The notes beneath the pieces were generated by a model. That model searched no databases. It was not told the DNA's origin and saw nothing but the letters and a program-made list of their open reading frames with translations. A stretch of DNA of 64,000 nt from Leptogorgia sarmentosa (Eukaryota), in NCBI GenBank assembly GCA_964658305.1, contig OZ210885.1, positions 22,878,001 to 22,942,000 of the forward strand, in the 5' to 3' direction. The position numbers and the translations under genes were made by a program. This document shows, piece after piece, positions 1 through 13,192 of this stretch. Every line of letters begins with the position of its first letter. Within the stretch, counting starts at the first letter, position 1.

Positions 1-2234
1 TTCTTAAATATATATCACTACTTTTTATCTATGCACCTGTTGATTTTTGTATTATAGCTTTGGATGCACAGCATGATAACTTTCAATTTGCAAGTAAATA
101 CCCAATATTGTGCACTAGATTCTGATAAACGTTCAAAATAGCAAAATGACAGTTAATGACAGTTTCATTACATGAATTGTCAGACAATGAAAATTCATGT
201 AATGCAACTATCAAAATGAAAGCTTGATTAGCATTTTGAACACTTTTTAATAAAAAAACCCCAGAACACCTTAATATATACATGTAGGAATAATTCCTTT
301 CAAACTTTTGAATGATGTTCACTGACAGGATTCTTCTGCTTCCTCTGGATAATGCAGCATAATCTTTTTTTTGTGGCGATCAATCCATTCCTTAAATTTA
401 ACTTTGTCCAGTGAATGGGTGGGTTCATGTGATATCCCAACAAATGTCTCAAATGATCGACCCTCTTCTCTCTTAAAAGGCCTTAAACCTACTAATTAGT
501 TTTTCATCATCAGTAGATGATTTGTGTGTGTGTGACCCTGACTTTGGGCGAATGTTCACTTGATCCTCAAATGCTTCCACAATCTCCGAGACACCGCCAC
601 ACGCTCTGCTTGCTCTCTCAATTGCTTTTGCTGTCTTGTTGGCACCCATTGACCGGATTAGCTTTTTCATTTCGCAGTTCCTATTCTCCTGGAAGAGATC
701 AATCTCAATGTTGTGACCAACACCGCCTTTCCAGTTAACTGTGGCAGCCCATTTGCAGCGATGAGCCTCTGCTTCTGACAATAGCACCTCACACTGCAGG
801 ATGTTGATCAGCATTTCGATGGCAAATTCATTAAACCCAGGTGTTGCGAAGAAATGGGTCAACAGCTGTTTTCTCAGATTTGAAATGTAACCACCATTGC
901 CAGTAGAAACAGCATCCTTAAAATCTGCTAACACCAGGAATGACTTCATGATGTTGACACCATAGCACCAAACACCATCTGCAACCTCTTTATTTCCACC
1001 AATGAAAATATATTCCTCAAGGAACTTGTCCAGAATATCTTTGATGTAGGTCTTCTGGTAAGCTTCGCTGAAGATGTTAACACTATGAGGACTGTTTGCT
1101 GTTGGTTTGCACTTTGCATCATCCATTTGGAAAAATTCCATAAGGGCTTCGATAACAAAGCACTTACCAACACTGAAGAACAGTTGCTCGCAGTCCTCAA
1201 AGTGTTTAACATCAACCATCACATTCCTGCGATTCAACTTCTCTCTGAAAAAGCGAAGTGTTCCCTTCTCTCTACCAGAATTCTTGTAAAGTTTTTTGAA
1301 AATTGTCTAGAAAAAAAAATATCACCTCATTGCACATTTTACTTTGATGACTGATTTCTTTTATCATGAAAACCTTGCAAAGTATCAGACAATTTATTGG
1401 TATCATAATTTTAAAAAGAATGCACAATATATGTGTACCTTCAAAAAACTTCTCTTTGTATGCCAATCAACAATACAAAAAGGATATAAGTGATCCAATC
1501 TGTGTTTTGCTGAATGGCACCCAGCTCTCAGATCCTTTGGCCCGGCAAATCGAACTCTGGTAAGTTGATCACCAAAGCATGGGATCTGCACACCATGTAA
1601 GGGATCACGGTCGGACGGAACAGGTGGGACATGGGAAGCAGGTTGGTCAGGCCTTGAGGTGGTTCCAATTGTGGCTGTTACATTCTCTGGTGGTTGATGT
1701 TCTGGAGAACATAGTCCAGCTGCAGTGTAAATGTCCTGTGTCCACTTTTCTAGTTGATCCAGGACATCAACACAGTCTGAGTATTTCTTCTCATCTTTCA
1801 TGAGCACAGGCATTGTCAATACTTCGGACTTCCTTGCCATTGCCTCTGGATGTTCACAGCTGGTGCTCAAAGGAACATAGTTCCTGAACATAGCAAATGC
1901 AGGGAAATGTTCAAACAGAATGTTTGCAACAAGTATTCTGTACCTGTCCCGAATTGCATCGAATTCCAGTCGATTGATATCCACCAGCTGATGGACATTG
2001 CAATCTTTCAGACTACGCTGTGGACGAGAATCGGGCAATCCTTTATCAGGAACACGGTTAAACACGATACTTGTTGCAACTGCATGAACACTTCGATTTT
2101 GGACATCCTGCCTCATGTCGTGCGCTGTTTCTTCCCAATCTATGTTGTCCAGAACATAGACGAAGGAATGTCCAGACTTTACCAACTCGGCTGCATGGTC
2201 AACTAGGGATCCAAGGATAGTGCAAAGTTTCTAA

Positions 2235-2365
2235 GGCCCGTTTCAAACGTGGAATTTTGGTCGCATCGAATGCAATTCAAACAATGGATAATGAAGTTAG
2301 TCATCTCATTATTCATTGTTCGAATTGCATTCGATGCGTCCAAAATTCCACGTTTGAAACGGGCC
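2235..2365. mobile_element. 131-bp palindromic MITE, PIF/Harbinger (Tourist)-like
   Basis: GGCCCGTTTCAAACGTGGAATTTTGG...CCAAAATTCCACGTTTGAAACGGGCC, almost fully self-complementary. Flanks TAA/TGA resemble a TWA 3-bp TSD. Confidence 0.75.
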
Positions 2366-2505
2366 TGAGAAGACATTAAAATCATATTTTGAAAATAATC
2401 ACTATTTTATTGTCAGAAAGCAACTGGCAGTCGCAGCAGCGCGCATGTTAAAAGCAAATCAGATAAATCTCTGACCTTTTTAAAATACATACACATCGTA
2501 CTGAT

Positions 2506-5500
2506 TATAATAGTGTTCTTTATTCGCTCGCACGCTTACAGTAAACAACTCAACAGTCCTACATTACTCCAATGTCAATCATGTTAATTATTAATGAGGT
2601 GTGTCCTTGCACATATCTATTACATCATTACTATATCACTTCCCTTGTTTTAAACAAAATAATCAAGTTCACCGTTAAGCTATGGTTAGTTGTATATATA
2701 TTAGATTATCGTTTCTTCACGACTATGTTCATCTGATTATGTTCGATGGACATTCGTGTCCATATCGTTCCGGCGGTCTTCTGTTCCGAGACGATCTTCT
2801 GGGACCTTCATCACCTCTGTCTGTCTGGTGATCATTCCTAGCCGGGCCTTGTGTTGGGACGCTTTCCGAGTAATCCGAACATTCATCATCTGTGTCCTCT
2901 GACTTTTTTACTTTCTTAAAATGCGATACGTTCCTTGTGATTCTGTGACCAGTGTTTCTCTGAGCCGTGATTTCTACACCGGTCCTTTTGATAACTTTGT
3001 ATGGTGTGGGGTTAAAGTTTGTTGTCAACTTGTTTCTCTTTTCCTGTCGAACTAAGACATAATCACCAATGGCTATATCACATGTCTTCGATGGTCAGCA
3101 TATTCTTTGTTTCTTTCTTTTCTTGTTTGTTCGTTTTCTCGAGCTTCCTTCTGTCGGTTGATGGTTTGCTTTCTCGTGATCACCGGTATCTTTCCCTTGA
3201 CCGTGCGATTGAACAAGAGTTCTGACGGTGGTACTCCGGTGGTACAATGGGGAGTGGTCCTATATTGTAAAAGGAATCGATTCAACTCCTGTCTCCATGG
3301 CCGTCCTTCAACTTTGGCTGTCTTTAGCGCTTTTCCTAACGGTTGCATAAATCGTTCGACAGTGGCATTTCCTTGAGGCCAGTGAGGTGTTGAGAACTTC
3401 GCTTCAATACCCAGAGCTTGCAGGTATCGTACATACTCGTCACAGATATTCAGACGTTGGTAGTGGACCATAGAAGTCGACGTGTACGGTTCTCCACGGT
3501 AACTCTGGCATTTCTGTCATGCGCAAAGGTTCGGGAGGATTTGGCTTTCCTAAGGCCTGACACGTGATGCACTGTTCGATCGTGTCCCTTACTCGACTAT
3601 CGATGTGTGGGAACCATATTTTTTCGCGGATGAGTGATTTCGTCTTCTCGATTCCTAAGTGTGTCTCATGCGCAATGTCTATCGCCCGTTGTTGCAATAC
3701 AGCAGGGATAACAATTCGTGTTCCTCGCAATACTACGCCTTGTTTCGTTGTAGTCAGTTCATTCTTGACGGCTTTGAATGGTTTGACCGCAGAAGAGTCC
3801 CACTTGTTTGTTTTGATGGCGTCACGCAGCTCCATCAATGCAGGGTCAGCATTAGTCGCATCGAGGATTTCTTTTAAGGTCATGGCCTTAGGGACACTGT
3901 GCTGTGTTACGAAATTAACGTACTGTTCCGCCATCTTTTCCTGTTTTCGTCTACTGGCGTTTGTAGGATGACGAGAAAGGTAGTCTGCAGGGTTGGTCGC
4001 ACCCGATTTGTAAATGATTTTGAACGCATAGGGTTGGAGACGAAGAACCCATCGCTCGATACGGGCTGATGTTTTCACTGTGCGCTGTCCATATATGATT
4101 TCTAAGGGTTTATGATCAGTTACCAAGGTAAATTCACTTCCAAATAAAAAGAGATGAAAGTGTTCGACGCCCCAAACGATCGCTAACGCCTCCTTCTCAG
4201 TCTGGGAGTAACGTTTTCCGGTATCCGTTAACGCTCGGCTGGCCTACGCAATGATCTGTTGGTTTGAGGAGTCGCTATTCTTAGGCTTCTGGGATAGAAT
4301 CGCCGAGACGCCGACGGGACTTGCGTCAACGACAACGAATGTTTCTTTGTTTTTGTCAAAATAGGACATGCATGGGGCAGTCGCAAGCGTGGTCGTTAAC
4401 TTTTCAAAAGCAGCTTGGTGTTTGTGAGTCCACTCAAATTTAACATCTTTCTTCGTCAGTTCGCGCAAGGGAGCGGTGAGGGTTGCAAAATCGCGAATGT
4501 ATTTACTACTATAGTTAGCCATTCCCAGTAGGCTTCGGACGTCATGCGCGTTGCTTGGCTGAGGTGCATTGAGTAGATCGGCTACTCGTTGAGGATCAGG
4601 TCGAGTACCCTCTTCTGAGAAGACTTGTCCGAAAAATGACAATGTACTACTGAGGAAGTCGCACTTGCTTTGGTTTAAGCGCAGACCTTTTACTGCCAGC
4701 CGTTGGAGGCATTTGTCAAGATGCTTGTCATGCTCTGCTCGCGTTGACCCAAATACAATGATATCGTCCGCGATATTTTTTACGCCTTCAAGTCCTTGAA
4801 GTGCTGTTTGGAGTGTGTACTGAAAGATCTCCGCGGCAGCGTTTGTACCGTAGTTTAATCTTTTATAGCGATACAAGCCTACATGCGTGCTAAAGGTTGT
4901 TACGTAACGAGACTGTTCGTGTAGTTCTAGCTGATGATAGGCTTGGCTCAGGTCAAGCTTTGAGAAGAATTTGGCTCCGTTTAGGGCAAAACTTATGTCG
5001 TTTACTGTTCGTATTGGATGGCGCACTCGTCTTATCGCTTCATTTGCAAGCCTCATGTCGACGCATAGTCGAACTTGGCCATCTTTCTTTGGAACTGCGA
5101 CTATAGGAGAAACCCAGGGCGTTGCTTTGTTTTCAGGAACCTTCTTGATAATATCTTGTTCCTCAAGATCTGTTATCGCGTTTTTCACCTTTTCCCGAAT
5201 ATGGTAAGGTATACGGCGCTGTGGTTGCGCTTTGGGGGTTTTTGTGTTGTCAATATCAAGTTTGATTTTTTCTCCGTTTAATTTTCTGAGTCCCGAAAAG
5301 ACTTGAGAGTGTTTTTGTAGGATTTTTTCTAATGCGACATCCTTTGATGTAAGTTTGTCTATATTCAAGCTAACAAGTCCGAGGTCCTGTGCTGTCGAAA
5401 GTGATAATAAGTTTCCACAATTTTTCCCTTTTGCTACGTAAAATGTGGCGACAGACCGTCGTTTCCGAGTTTCTATGACCCCTTCGAATTTGCCTAGGAA

Positions 5501-6768
5501 TTCAACTGGAGATTTTGTGTTGTACGCAAATGCTTTTGTATTGGTGCGATTCAATGTTATGCCTTGCATTTTGTTGAAAGTGTCGCGATCGATGACGTTG
5601 ATTGACGCACCCGTGTCGATTGTTATTGGGAATTTTGTTCCGCCTACTGTGACATTGACTTTGTTATTGTTCTTCTGATGTGTCATGGTATATAAATAGT
5701 CATCGTCTGAGGAATTCGATCCAGTATCGAGTGTTTTTAGGTTTCGTGGCTTATGCTTTTTACTTGACTTATATGTCTGGGTTCGAGGTACCCGTGTTGA
5801 GTTGGGCTTTCCGGCAACTCTTCCTCGACAAACAGCAGCGAAATGGTTGAGTTTGCCACAGCTATTTCCGGTTTTACCTTTTGCTGGACATGCTTCAGTA
5901 TGTGGGTAATCGCGCCCACAATTCCTACACATTACACTAGTACTAGGTTTTTTCTCTATTCTATTAGTCTCACCGTCTATTACTTCTTTTGATTCGATCT
6001 GTTTCGCTTGATATGTGCTCTGTTCGTCGCGTCTTCCTTCTAAAAGCATCGCTTTCAAATCAAATGTGGGATCGCGTAATGCCCGCTTTCGTATTTTCGA
6101 CGACTTTCCACCGATGATGATCTGCTCCTCAATTTCAAAGTTTACGTCTGTGAATTTACACGTTTCTGATATGGTTCGGAGCCTCGTATGAAATTGATCG
6201 AGTGTCTCGTTATCCTCTTGGCTGGTTTGTCTAAACCGATACACTTCATATCTGCGGTTCTGCTGAGGATCGAAATACGCCTTTAATGTTTGCTTGGCAA
6301 CGTCATAATCTTCGTCCGTTCCTGTCTCAGGGATTTGTTTAAAAATTGCTCGAACTCTCGGTCCAGCTTGGTATTGTAACAATGCACGTTTTCTTCTGGG
6401 ATCGGTTATGCCACTTGCCGTTAAAAACATCTCAAAATCTGATTGCCAATTGCTCCATCTTGTTGCTAGACTGGTTCCAATTTTCGCATCTGGGGAAAAT
6501 TCAGGCATCGGATTTATCGTCACAGATTGCATGATCTGTACAGGCGGTTGTGGAGCTGGCTGCTCAGCGTCTTCGGCCATATTTCGATGTTCGTTCAAGT
6601 TTGTGGTTGCGTTTATTTCACATTATCCTCGTCGCCAATATAATAGTGTTCTTTATTCGCTCGCACGCTTACAGTAAAGAACTCAACAGTCCTACATTAC
6701 TCCAATGTCAATCATGTTAATTATTAATGAGGTGTGTCCTTGCACATATCTATTACGTCATTACTATA
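2506..6768 (-). mobile_element. Ty3/Gypsy LTR retrotransposon (Mag-like), full-length but disabled
   Basis: 130-bp LTRs at 2506-2635 and 6639-6768 (2 mismatches). 5-bp TSD CTGAT (2501-2505, 6769-6773). PBS TGGCGACGAGGAT, complementary to the tRNA-Ser(GCU) 3' end. PPT AAAACAAGGGAAGTGA next to 2635. Confidence 0.95.
2729..6598 (-). pseudogene. pol: gag-pol polyprotein (gag with degenerate CCHC knuckles, protease, RT, RNase H, integrase)
   Basis: Motifs IDTGAS (protease), LDLSQAYHQL and IADDII (RT), VDASP (RNase H), HxxxxH..CxxC and HVDFYGP (integrase). In-frame stop at 4244. A deletion/frameshift near 3440 removes the second integrase Asp region; another frameshift near 3070. Confidence 0.92.
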
Positions 6769-9700
6769 CTGATACTTCTGCGTCGTAATAAAATGTCCAG
6801 TTTATTCACAGTATCAGGCCAACGTTAAATTTACTTTTGTATGCCTGTATATGGTTTAGTTCTTTTAGTATCGAAAATTCTGTAAATCCCCGGTAGAAAC
6901 AAACAACCGCGAGGCCGGAAGACGGGAAGAGTCGAAGACGGCGAAAACAAACACGAAAGCTATAAATGCGAAAGCTCGCAAATATGTTGGCTTTGACAAC
7001 AATATTAACTAAATACGATACAAAATTATGGCTATCTTGTTATGACGAGTTCTACTGTGCTACACATCTGAGTTTGCCCGCTATTTGCGAATTGCGATGG
7101 CAATGTCGGCCAACTAAATGTTTTAATATAATATGCATGGCGGCAGTTAACATTAGCCATTTTAAATTGTGCATGACGAGCCAAATACAAGTTTTCTACT
7201 AATAATGATAATAAATTCAAATCTCTAGATTCATTGCTGATATATAAAGAACATTTTAACTGCTTTATCAACGTATTCAGACATGTTGGCCATATTATAT
7301 TATCATCATACTGAATTACTGATTCACGGTCCCACTCTTAGCGTCCGCCATATTGTGTAATTTCATTCCCCAGAATTGTGCTGAGTTGCAATTTTTGCAA
7401 AAACTTAAATTCTTAAACTCCGCCATTGTGTACTGTATAATATGCGCTTCTTTGATCACATTTCTCATCTAACTAACTTTCGTATCGACGAGAACAACTG
7501 CAAATAATGATAAGCAATGATTTATAACTACAATCGAATCATTTTTGTTGAAACATTCCATGGATATCAGTCAACTACGGTGTTTCGCATATCAGAAGAA
7601 TTTGGGACGCTCCCCCCGGAGTTTACACTATGAATGAATCGCTGAATCGCTGAATCGCTGAAGTGAATTTTCGCCCCTCATCACAATACTGCAAAGTTAA
7701 ACTTTGCACTAATAAAGTGTTTGCCAATGTCCTCCAAAATAGGATACTTCATTTTTGGTTCCAGGCACATACCATACTTTTGCAGACGGACAATAAGCTA
7801 AGAAATGCACAGGAAAAAACTGACTATTAGTATAAATAATAAGATAAACATCAGATTAAATTCCGATGCATGGTGGGTCAATGGGTTAGCAATTGCAAAG
7901 CCAGCCTGGCAATTTAGGCATGCCATGCCAAAAGCCCATCAAAGGATAATTATCTCAAATTTCCATATCATGACAAAATTTTTGGCTAGCTTTGCCACTG
8001 ACTAATTTTGTGCATCATAACAATGGGTGAATGAAATATAAAACAAAATCAAAATACAACTTACATTTACTGATGCTTGGCCTTCTGTGAGCATGACTGA
8101 GTTTATGCGTTGAATTCTGCTCAATTCATGACACCGCAGGAAGTTAATGATGCCATAAATTAAGCAGATGGCAGGATTCTTTTTTTCAGGTTGAATACTG
8201 CTTTCTGTCATAGTACACAGGATGTTGTTGACAGTTGGGCATCTGGTTGACATCTCCTCTAGCACCTCAGACATCCAGGTGTCAGATGACATACCATCAA
8301 AGCCTCTTTGTCTGAGGACAGATGGCTGACTCCTTCTGGCAAAATCTAAAAGCTCTTTGTTTGCCTCAGCCAAGATCTGATTAATCTTAAAAGTGATAAA
8401 AATGATAATATTGAAAAATACTATATTTTCCCAGCCTTTGGCTTTACAACCATTGTTTACAACTAGTGGCTTTCATCATAACGACGTATGAAAATTGCAT
8501 ATTCGTCTTTCATGAATATTAATATTTAAGCATCTTATTTACAACGCTAAATATTCCAAAGTAGATATTAAGATTGACTATGTTCAAATTGTGAAAATTG
8601 GACTGTAATAAACTTACGTTCAAAGGTGATAGAACAGAATTTGACTCAGATTCACCACTGCCAATGTTAAAGTCGTGAAGTCCCAACTGAACTGATTTTT
8701 CTGGGCGGTTTAGCAACAGAAGGAGATACGTAGACACAACGTTTTGACCGAACATTTTCCTGTAGTGCGCGCTGTGTCTCTTCAATAACATCTCTAAACT
8801 TTATTGCGTTGTTTAGTCTTCGTTCACAAGGCGCGCATATTAAGTGAGGAAGGCTTTCGCTGTATAATAATTCTCGACCATAAATACGCTCAGCGTTGCG
8901 TAAAATGACCTTGTTACGATCGCGAAATAGATTTCTCGAATACTTCGAATCAGTAACAGAGTTACAAAGCCTACAACGAGAGATATTGCCAGTCGATTCA
9001 GTTCGTTTTTGGTACAGTTTTTTCGGCGTGCCTTTGCTGGCCATCGACTCGATTGAAATGAGCGTGGTTTGAAATTTAACCCATATTCGACGCTTGAAGT
9101 GTAATACGATACTCGATAGACCACACATGATGGTTCGCTACGTGTCTTTCTAAAACTTATTTTTTACTAAAATTTACAATTATGATAAAAACAAAACAGA
9201 ATATTTCTAAATTTTCAATGTGACAAACGTGCTCCTGTGCTACCCCTCCCAGGCTATATTTTGAATTTACCCCGCAAAATCTGCGGGACACATGACCAGC
9301 CCCGACCAGGGTCTCTCCTCTGCAGCGAGCGAGGATCAAGACCCTGGGTACGAGGTTGCTCAGCAGTTGCTCTCTGGTTAGTCGAAAATGAACTTTCTGC
9401 GGAAACTTCTCCAAGAACTTTCATAACGCAGTCGTATCGTGAAAGAAATACTTTAAGGCTGAACTCACAAGAACTCCAGCCGACAGTATTGATACATTTC
9501 GACGAAAGGACTTTGACCTTCTGATCTTTCTGAGTGGTTTCAAACATTGAGTGAATTTTTTCAGATTGACTGAAAAGGGTGTACGTTTTCTCCAGATTGC
9601 TGAAAAGAGAAATGACATTGATGGCGGCACCGGCTGAGTCCGACAAGACCAAGTTGAGGGTATGAGCATAGCAATGAGTGTATACTACATGACTACCCAT

Positions 9701-10532
9701 TTCATCTCTCATGATTGCTTGCAGCCTGTTGTAGCAACCACTCATATTTGAAGCCCCATCATATGTCTGTGCAACAACTTTATCAAAGGTGACACCTTGA
9801 GACTTTAAGGCATCAACAATGGTATCATAGAGCTCTTGTGCAGTTGTACCAGGTGCTCGTTTACAACACAATAAATGTTCGGAACAGTAACCGACACGGT
9901 CAACTATTCTGACACAAATGCTAAGTTGTTCGTGGTGGCTAACGTCTGGCGTGGTATCAGCTATCAAAGCCCAAGCTTTGCATTGATTAATTCTCTTTAC
10001 TATCTCAGAGGTGATCGCCTTCCCGATGACATCAATAATGTTGTTTTGTGTTCTGTTACCGAGAAATGAGAGCATTGAGCCACGACCTTTCACCTGTTTT
10101 GTTGAGTTGTCTCTTGATTGCGCCCCGATCTTTGCCATCACGAGTGCTTCATGTTGCTCGCAAACTTCTTGAAGATGATCGTGGATTGTGACATCGTAGG
10201 CAGACAGGAGCTTCAACAATTCCAAGAAGTTTCCTGTGTTTAACACTTCGCTTGTAATTCTCGATGGCCTCTTAATGCAAGTCCTTGCTTCCCAAGAAAG
10301 ATTATGGTATCTACGACGCGTGTCATTACATTCCGATTGTTGGTAACTTCCATCTTCCTTCGTGCTGCTTCTTCTTGTTTTTGTAGCCCCAACCAAGGGC
10401 GAATTTTCATTTTTTTAACAGGAGGGGTAGAAGAATTTTTAGTGGGGTGCATGGCTGCGACCGGCAACCACTGCAGGCAGCGATGCACAGACACTGAGAC
10501 ACAGTGTCACTGTTAGGGCTGCAAATGCATTA

Positions 10533-13013
10533 ATGCAGCCATGGAAGGATGAGTCACTACTCAACAAGCCTATCCTGATTTTAGGCGATCTGAATTGCGA
10601 CTGCCTCAAGGAAAATTGCTCTGAATTTAGATCACTAGAGAAATTTTACACCGAAATGAACTTGAGTCAGCTCATCACAAAACCAACCAGGATTACGGAA
10701 AATACTGAGTCTCTACTTGATGTCATTTTAACCTCACAAACCCTACGAGTCCGCGACAGTGGGGTTATACACTGGCCTATCAGCGACCACTCGATTGTAT
10801 TTGTGAAATTTAAAATCAAATTGCCGAAACATGTTCCCCAAGTAGCGAATATCTGTAGTTTCAAGAACTATAATCCTAGTCAGTTCGTGATGGATTTAGC
10901 TAACAAAGCCAAAAGCTTGCTATCGATTTTTAGTGCAAACGATGTCAACACCAAGCTTGCAATATTTGATAGCACTCTTCAGTCTGTTCTGAGAACCCAC
11001 GCGCCCATTAAATCCATCAAGATCCGCAGTAGACCTTGTCCCTTTGTCAATCAGGAAATTAAGGATCTAATGAAATCCAGAGATGATCTACTGAAACGAT
11101 ACCACCAAACACGTGACGCAGATGACTGGGCTAGATTCAAAGAATCACGCAACATGGTGAAGAAAGCGTTTTTAGAAGCGGAAAGAAGTCACACTTATGA
11201 CGAAGTGAAATTGCATAAAGACAACCCAAGTTCCCTCTGGAAGATCATTAATCGGGCTCTCCCCACCAAGGACAAAGAAAGGCAAATCTATTCCAAAGAT
11301 CTAAAATCAGTTGCAAACGACTTCAATCAGTTCTTTGTAACTGTTGGCAGAAATGCATCAGAAGACTCCTTGCGTCTGGCCCAAGAGAATAACATATCTA
11401 TTCCCAAAGAGACTGACACTGTCCCCCTATCTGGCGGTGAGCTTTTTAATCTCAGACCCGTGTCATGTGAGGAAGTTCGCCGAGTTGTAATGTCTCTGCC
11501 ACTTAACAAGGCACCTGGCCCCGATAAAGTCAACGCACGTATAATCAGAGACTGCCTCCCAGTCATTCTAGGCCCTCTGACTGAGATAATAAATTGCTCA
11601 ATTCTCAACAGTTCATTCCCTGATAAGTGGAAAGAAGCTGAAGCTATACCCATTCTAAAAGATGGAGACCACGAGTTAGCGTCCAACAATAGACCTATAT
11701 CACTATTAGCTATCGCTTCGAAGATATGCGAGAAAATAGTTCTTAGCCAATTCTCCACCTACCTTTTTGATAACAAAAGGTTAACATCTCACCAAAGCGG
11801 TAACAAAAAGGCTCATTCAACTGAGACTTTGAACATTTTTCTTACTGACCGTATTCTAGAAGCTATGGACAAAAAGAAGCTCACGGCTCTCGTCTTATTA
11901 GATCTATCGAAAGCCTTTGATAGCATTGAACATCAAAAGTTGCTCCTCAAACTCTCCAAAGTTGGTGCCTCGCCCTCCACAACCGAGTGGTTCAAAAGCT
12001 ACCTAACAGAACGGTCTCAGTCTGTCCGAATCGGCTCCACCCTTTCGGACCCACTTCCAATAACACATGGAGTTCCCCAAGGAGCAATACTGTCGCCATT
12101 ACTGTTCTGTATTTACCTGAATGATTTGCCATCAGCCCCTAAATTATGCAACTTGGAATCTTATGTGGACGATTCGAAAGTTTTCCTCTCATTTCCAGTA
12201 TCAGATACTAGCTCGGCAATTGAGAAACTTGAACAGGACTTATACAACGTGGCCCAGTGGTGCTGTGCTAACAATCTCCTAATAAACCCCAGCAAGTCCA
12301 AGCTGCTCTTTATTGGTACATGACAGCTTTTGGCTAGATTACCAGAATTGCCCCAAGTATCCTTTCTCGGTTCAACGCTTCATCCAGCTACCTCGGCCAA
12401 GGACCTAGGAGTCATCCTAGATTCTAACTTGTCATACGATCAACACATCACCCATGTTATATCTTCCTGTTTTTCCAAACTCAGTCAGATAAATCGAGTA
12501 AAAGACAGCTTTGACGAGCACACACTTAAACTAATTATAACATCGTTAGTATTTAGCAAAATGCTATATTGCTCTACTGTTTGGTCGAACACTTCAGCAG
12601 GAAATATTAATAAGTTACAATCCATACAAAATTTTGCAAGTAAGATAGTCACCAATTCCAAGAAGTATGACCGTGTAACACCTTTGTTACGCCAACTTAA
12701 CTGGCTGCCAGTAAAACAAATGCTATATGTAAAAGACGCAGTATTGACCTATAAATGCGTCAATGGCCTTGTCCCGTTATACCTTAGTGAAAAGCTAACT
12801 AAACGATCAAACATTCATTCACGTTATACGCGTAACCATGATTCTCTAAATATCCCAATGTTTAGAACTGCCACTGGTCAGCGCACTTTCCAATATCGTG
12901 CAGCCAGCATTTGGAACAATCTAAATAACCAACTAAAGAGCCACACCAGCTTGAAAAAGTTCAAGGTCGAACTTAAGGAACAATTACTCAGTCAATCATA
13001 ATTTTTATACAAT

Positions 13014-13081
<68 letters not shown>

Positions 13082-13192
13082 TTACTAGATAATTATCACC
13101 ATTATTATACTATTTATTTCATACTTATTATTGTAAATAGTTATCGAAAAACCTGCAAAGGAATGACTATTAAAGTTTATTATTATTATTAT
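10533..13192 (+). mobile_element. 5'-truncated non-LTR retrotransposon (L2/CR1 group), ORF2 with APE endonuclease C-terminus and RT
   Basis: GDLNCD and SDH (endonuclease); KAPGPD, RPISLL, LDLSKAFDSI, GVPQGAILSPLLF and YVDD (RT). One in-frame TGA at 12321-12323, ORF continues to 13001. The 3' end has a (TTA)n tail near 13177-13192. Confidence 0.92.
13016..13078. repeat. (TA)n microsatellite in the LINE 3' UTR
   Basis: About 31 perfect AT units. Confidence 0.95.

Larger units (their letters stand above)
2203..7712 (-). mobile_element. Non-autonomous Helentron/Helitron2-type element (HINE/DINE-like) inserted at TT inside an exon
   Basis: Perfect 13-bp subTIRs TAGTGCAAAGTTT (2218-2230) and AAACTTTGCACTA (7699-7711). 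Extra internal inverted copy at 7690-7698, small hairpin at 2209-2218, (TGAATCGC)3 near 7635-7658. Removal restores GKHFIDHAAEL in the host ORF. Confidence 0.75.
320..9044 (-). pseudogene. Multi-exon DUF6589-like protein, probably an Academ/AcademH-type transposase, with an N-terminal CxxC..CxxC zinc finger; disrupted
   Basis: Pieces: 9044-8618 (MASKGTPKK..CRLC..CAPC), 8384-8064, ~7797-7713 joined to 2202-1439 (..GKHFI|DHAAELVKSGHSFVYVLDNIDW..FGDQLT..VDWHTKRSFLK), then ~1306-320 (..NIEIDLFQENRN..FKEWIDRHKK). GT-AG introns; frameshifts near 8690 and 490; one exon split by the 2203-7712 insertion. Confidence 0.7.
1..9358 (-). mobile_element. Academ/AcademH-like DNA transposon; only one terminus is in the window
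   Basis: Terminus GACCCTGGGTACGAGGTTG ends at 9358, with a subterminal inverted repeat (CCAGGGTC ~9306 / GACCCTGG ~9340). The hAT ORF 9254..10396 turns abruptly into this sequence at 9358/9359. The other end and the TSD lie outside the window. Confidence 0.55.

Noticed and set aside
9254..9358. C-terminal extension QPRTQGLDPRS.. of the 380-aa hAT ORF
   Set aside because: Read-through into the inserted element's terminus. The same applies to the ORF ends at 16535-16569 and 25312-25445.
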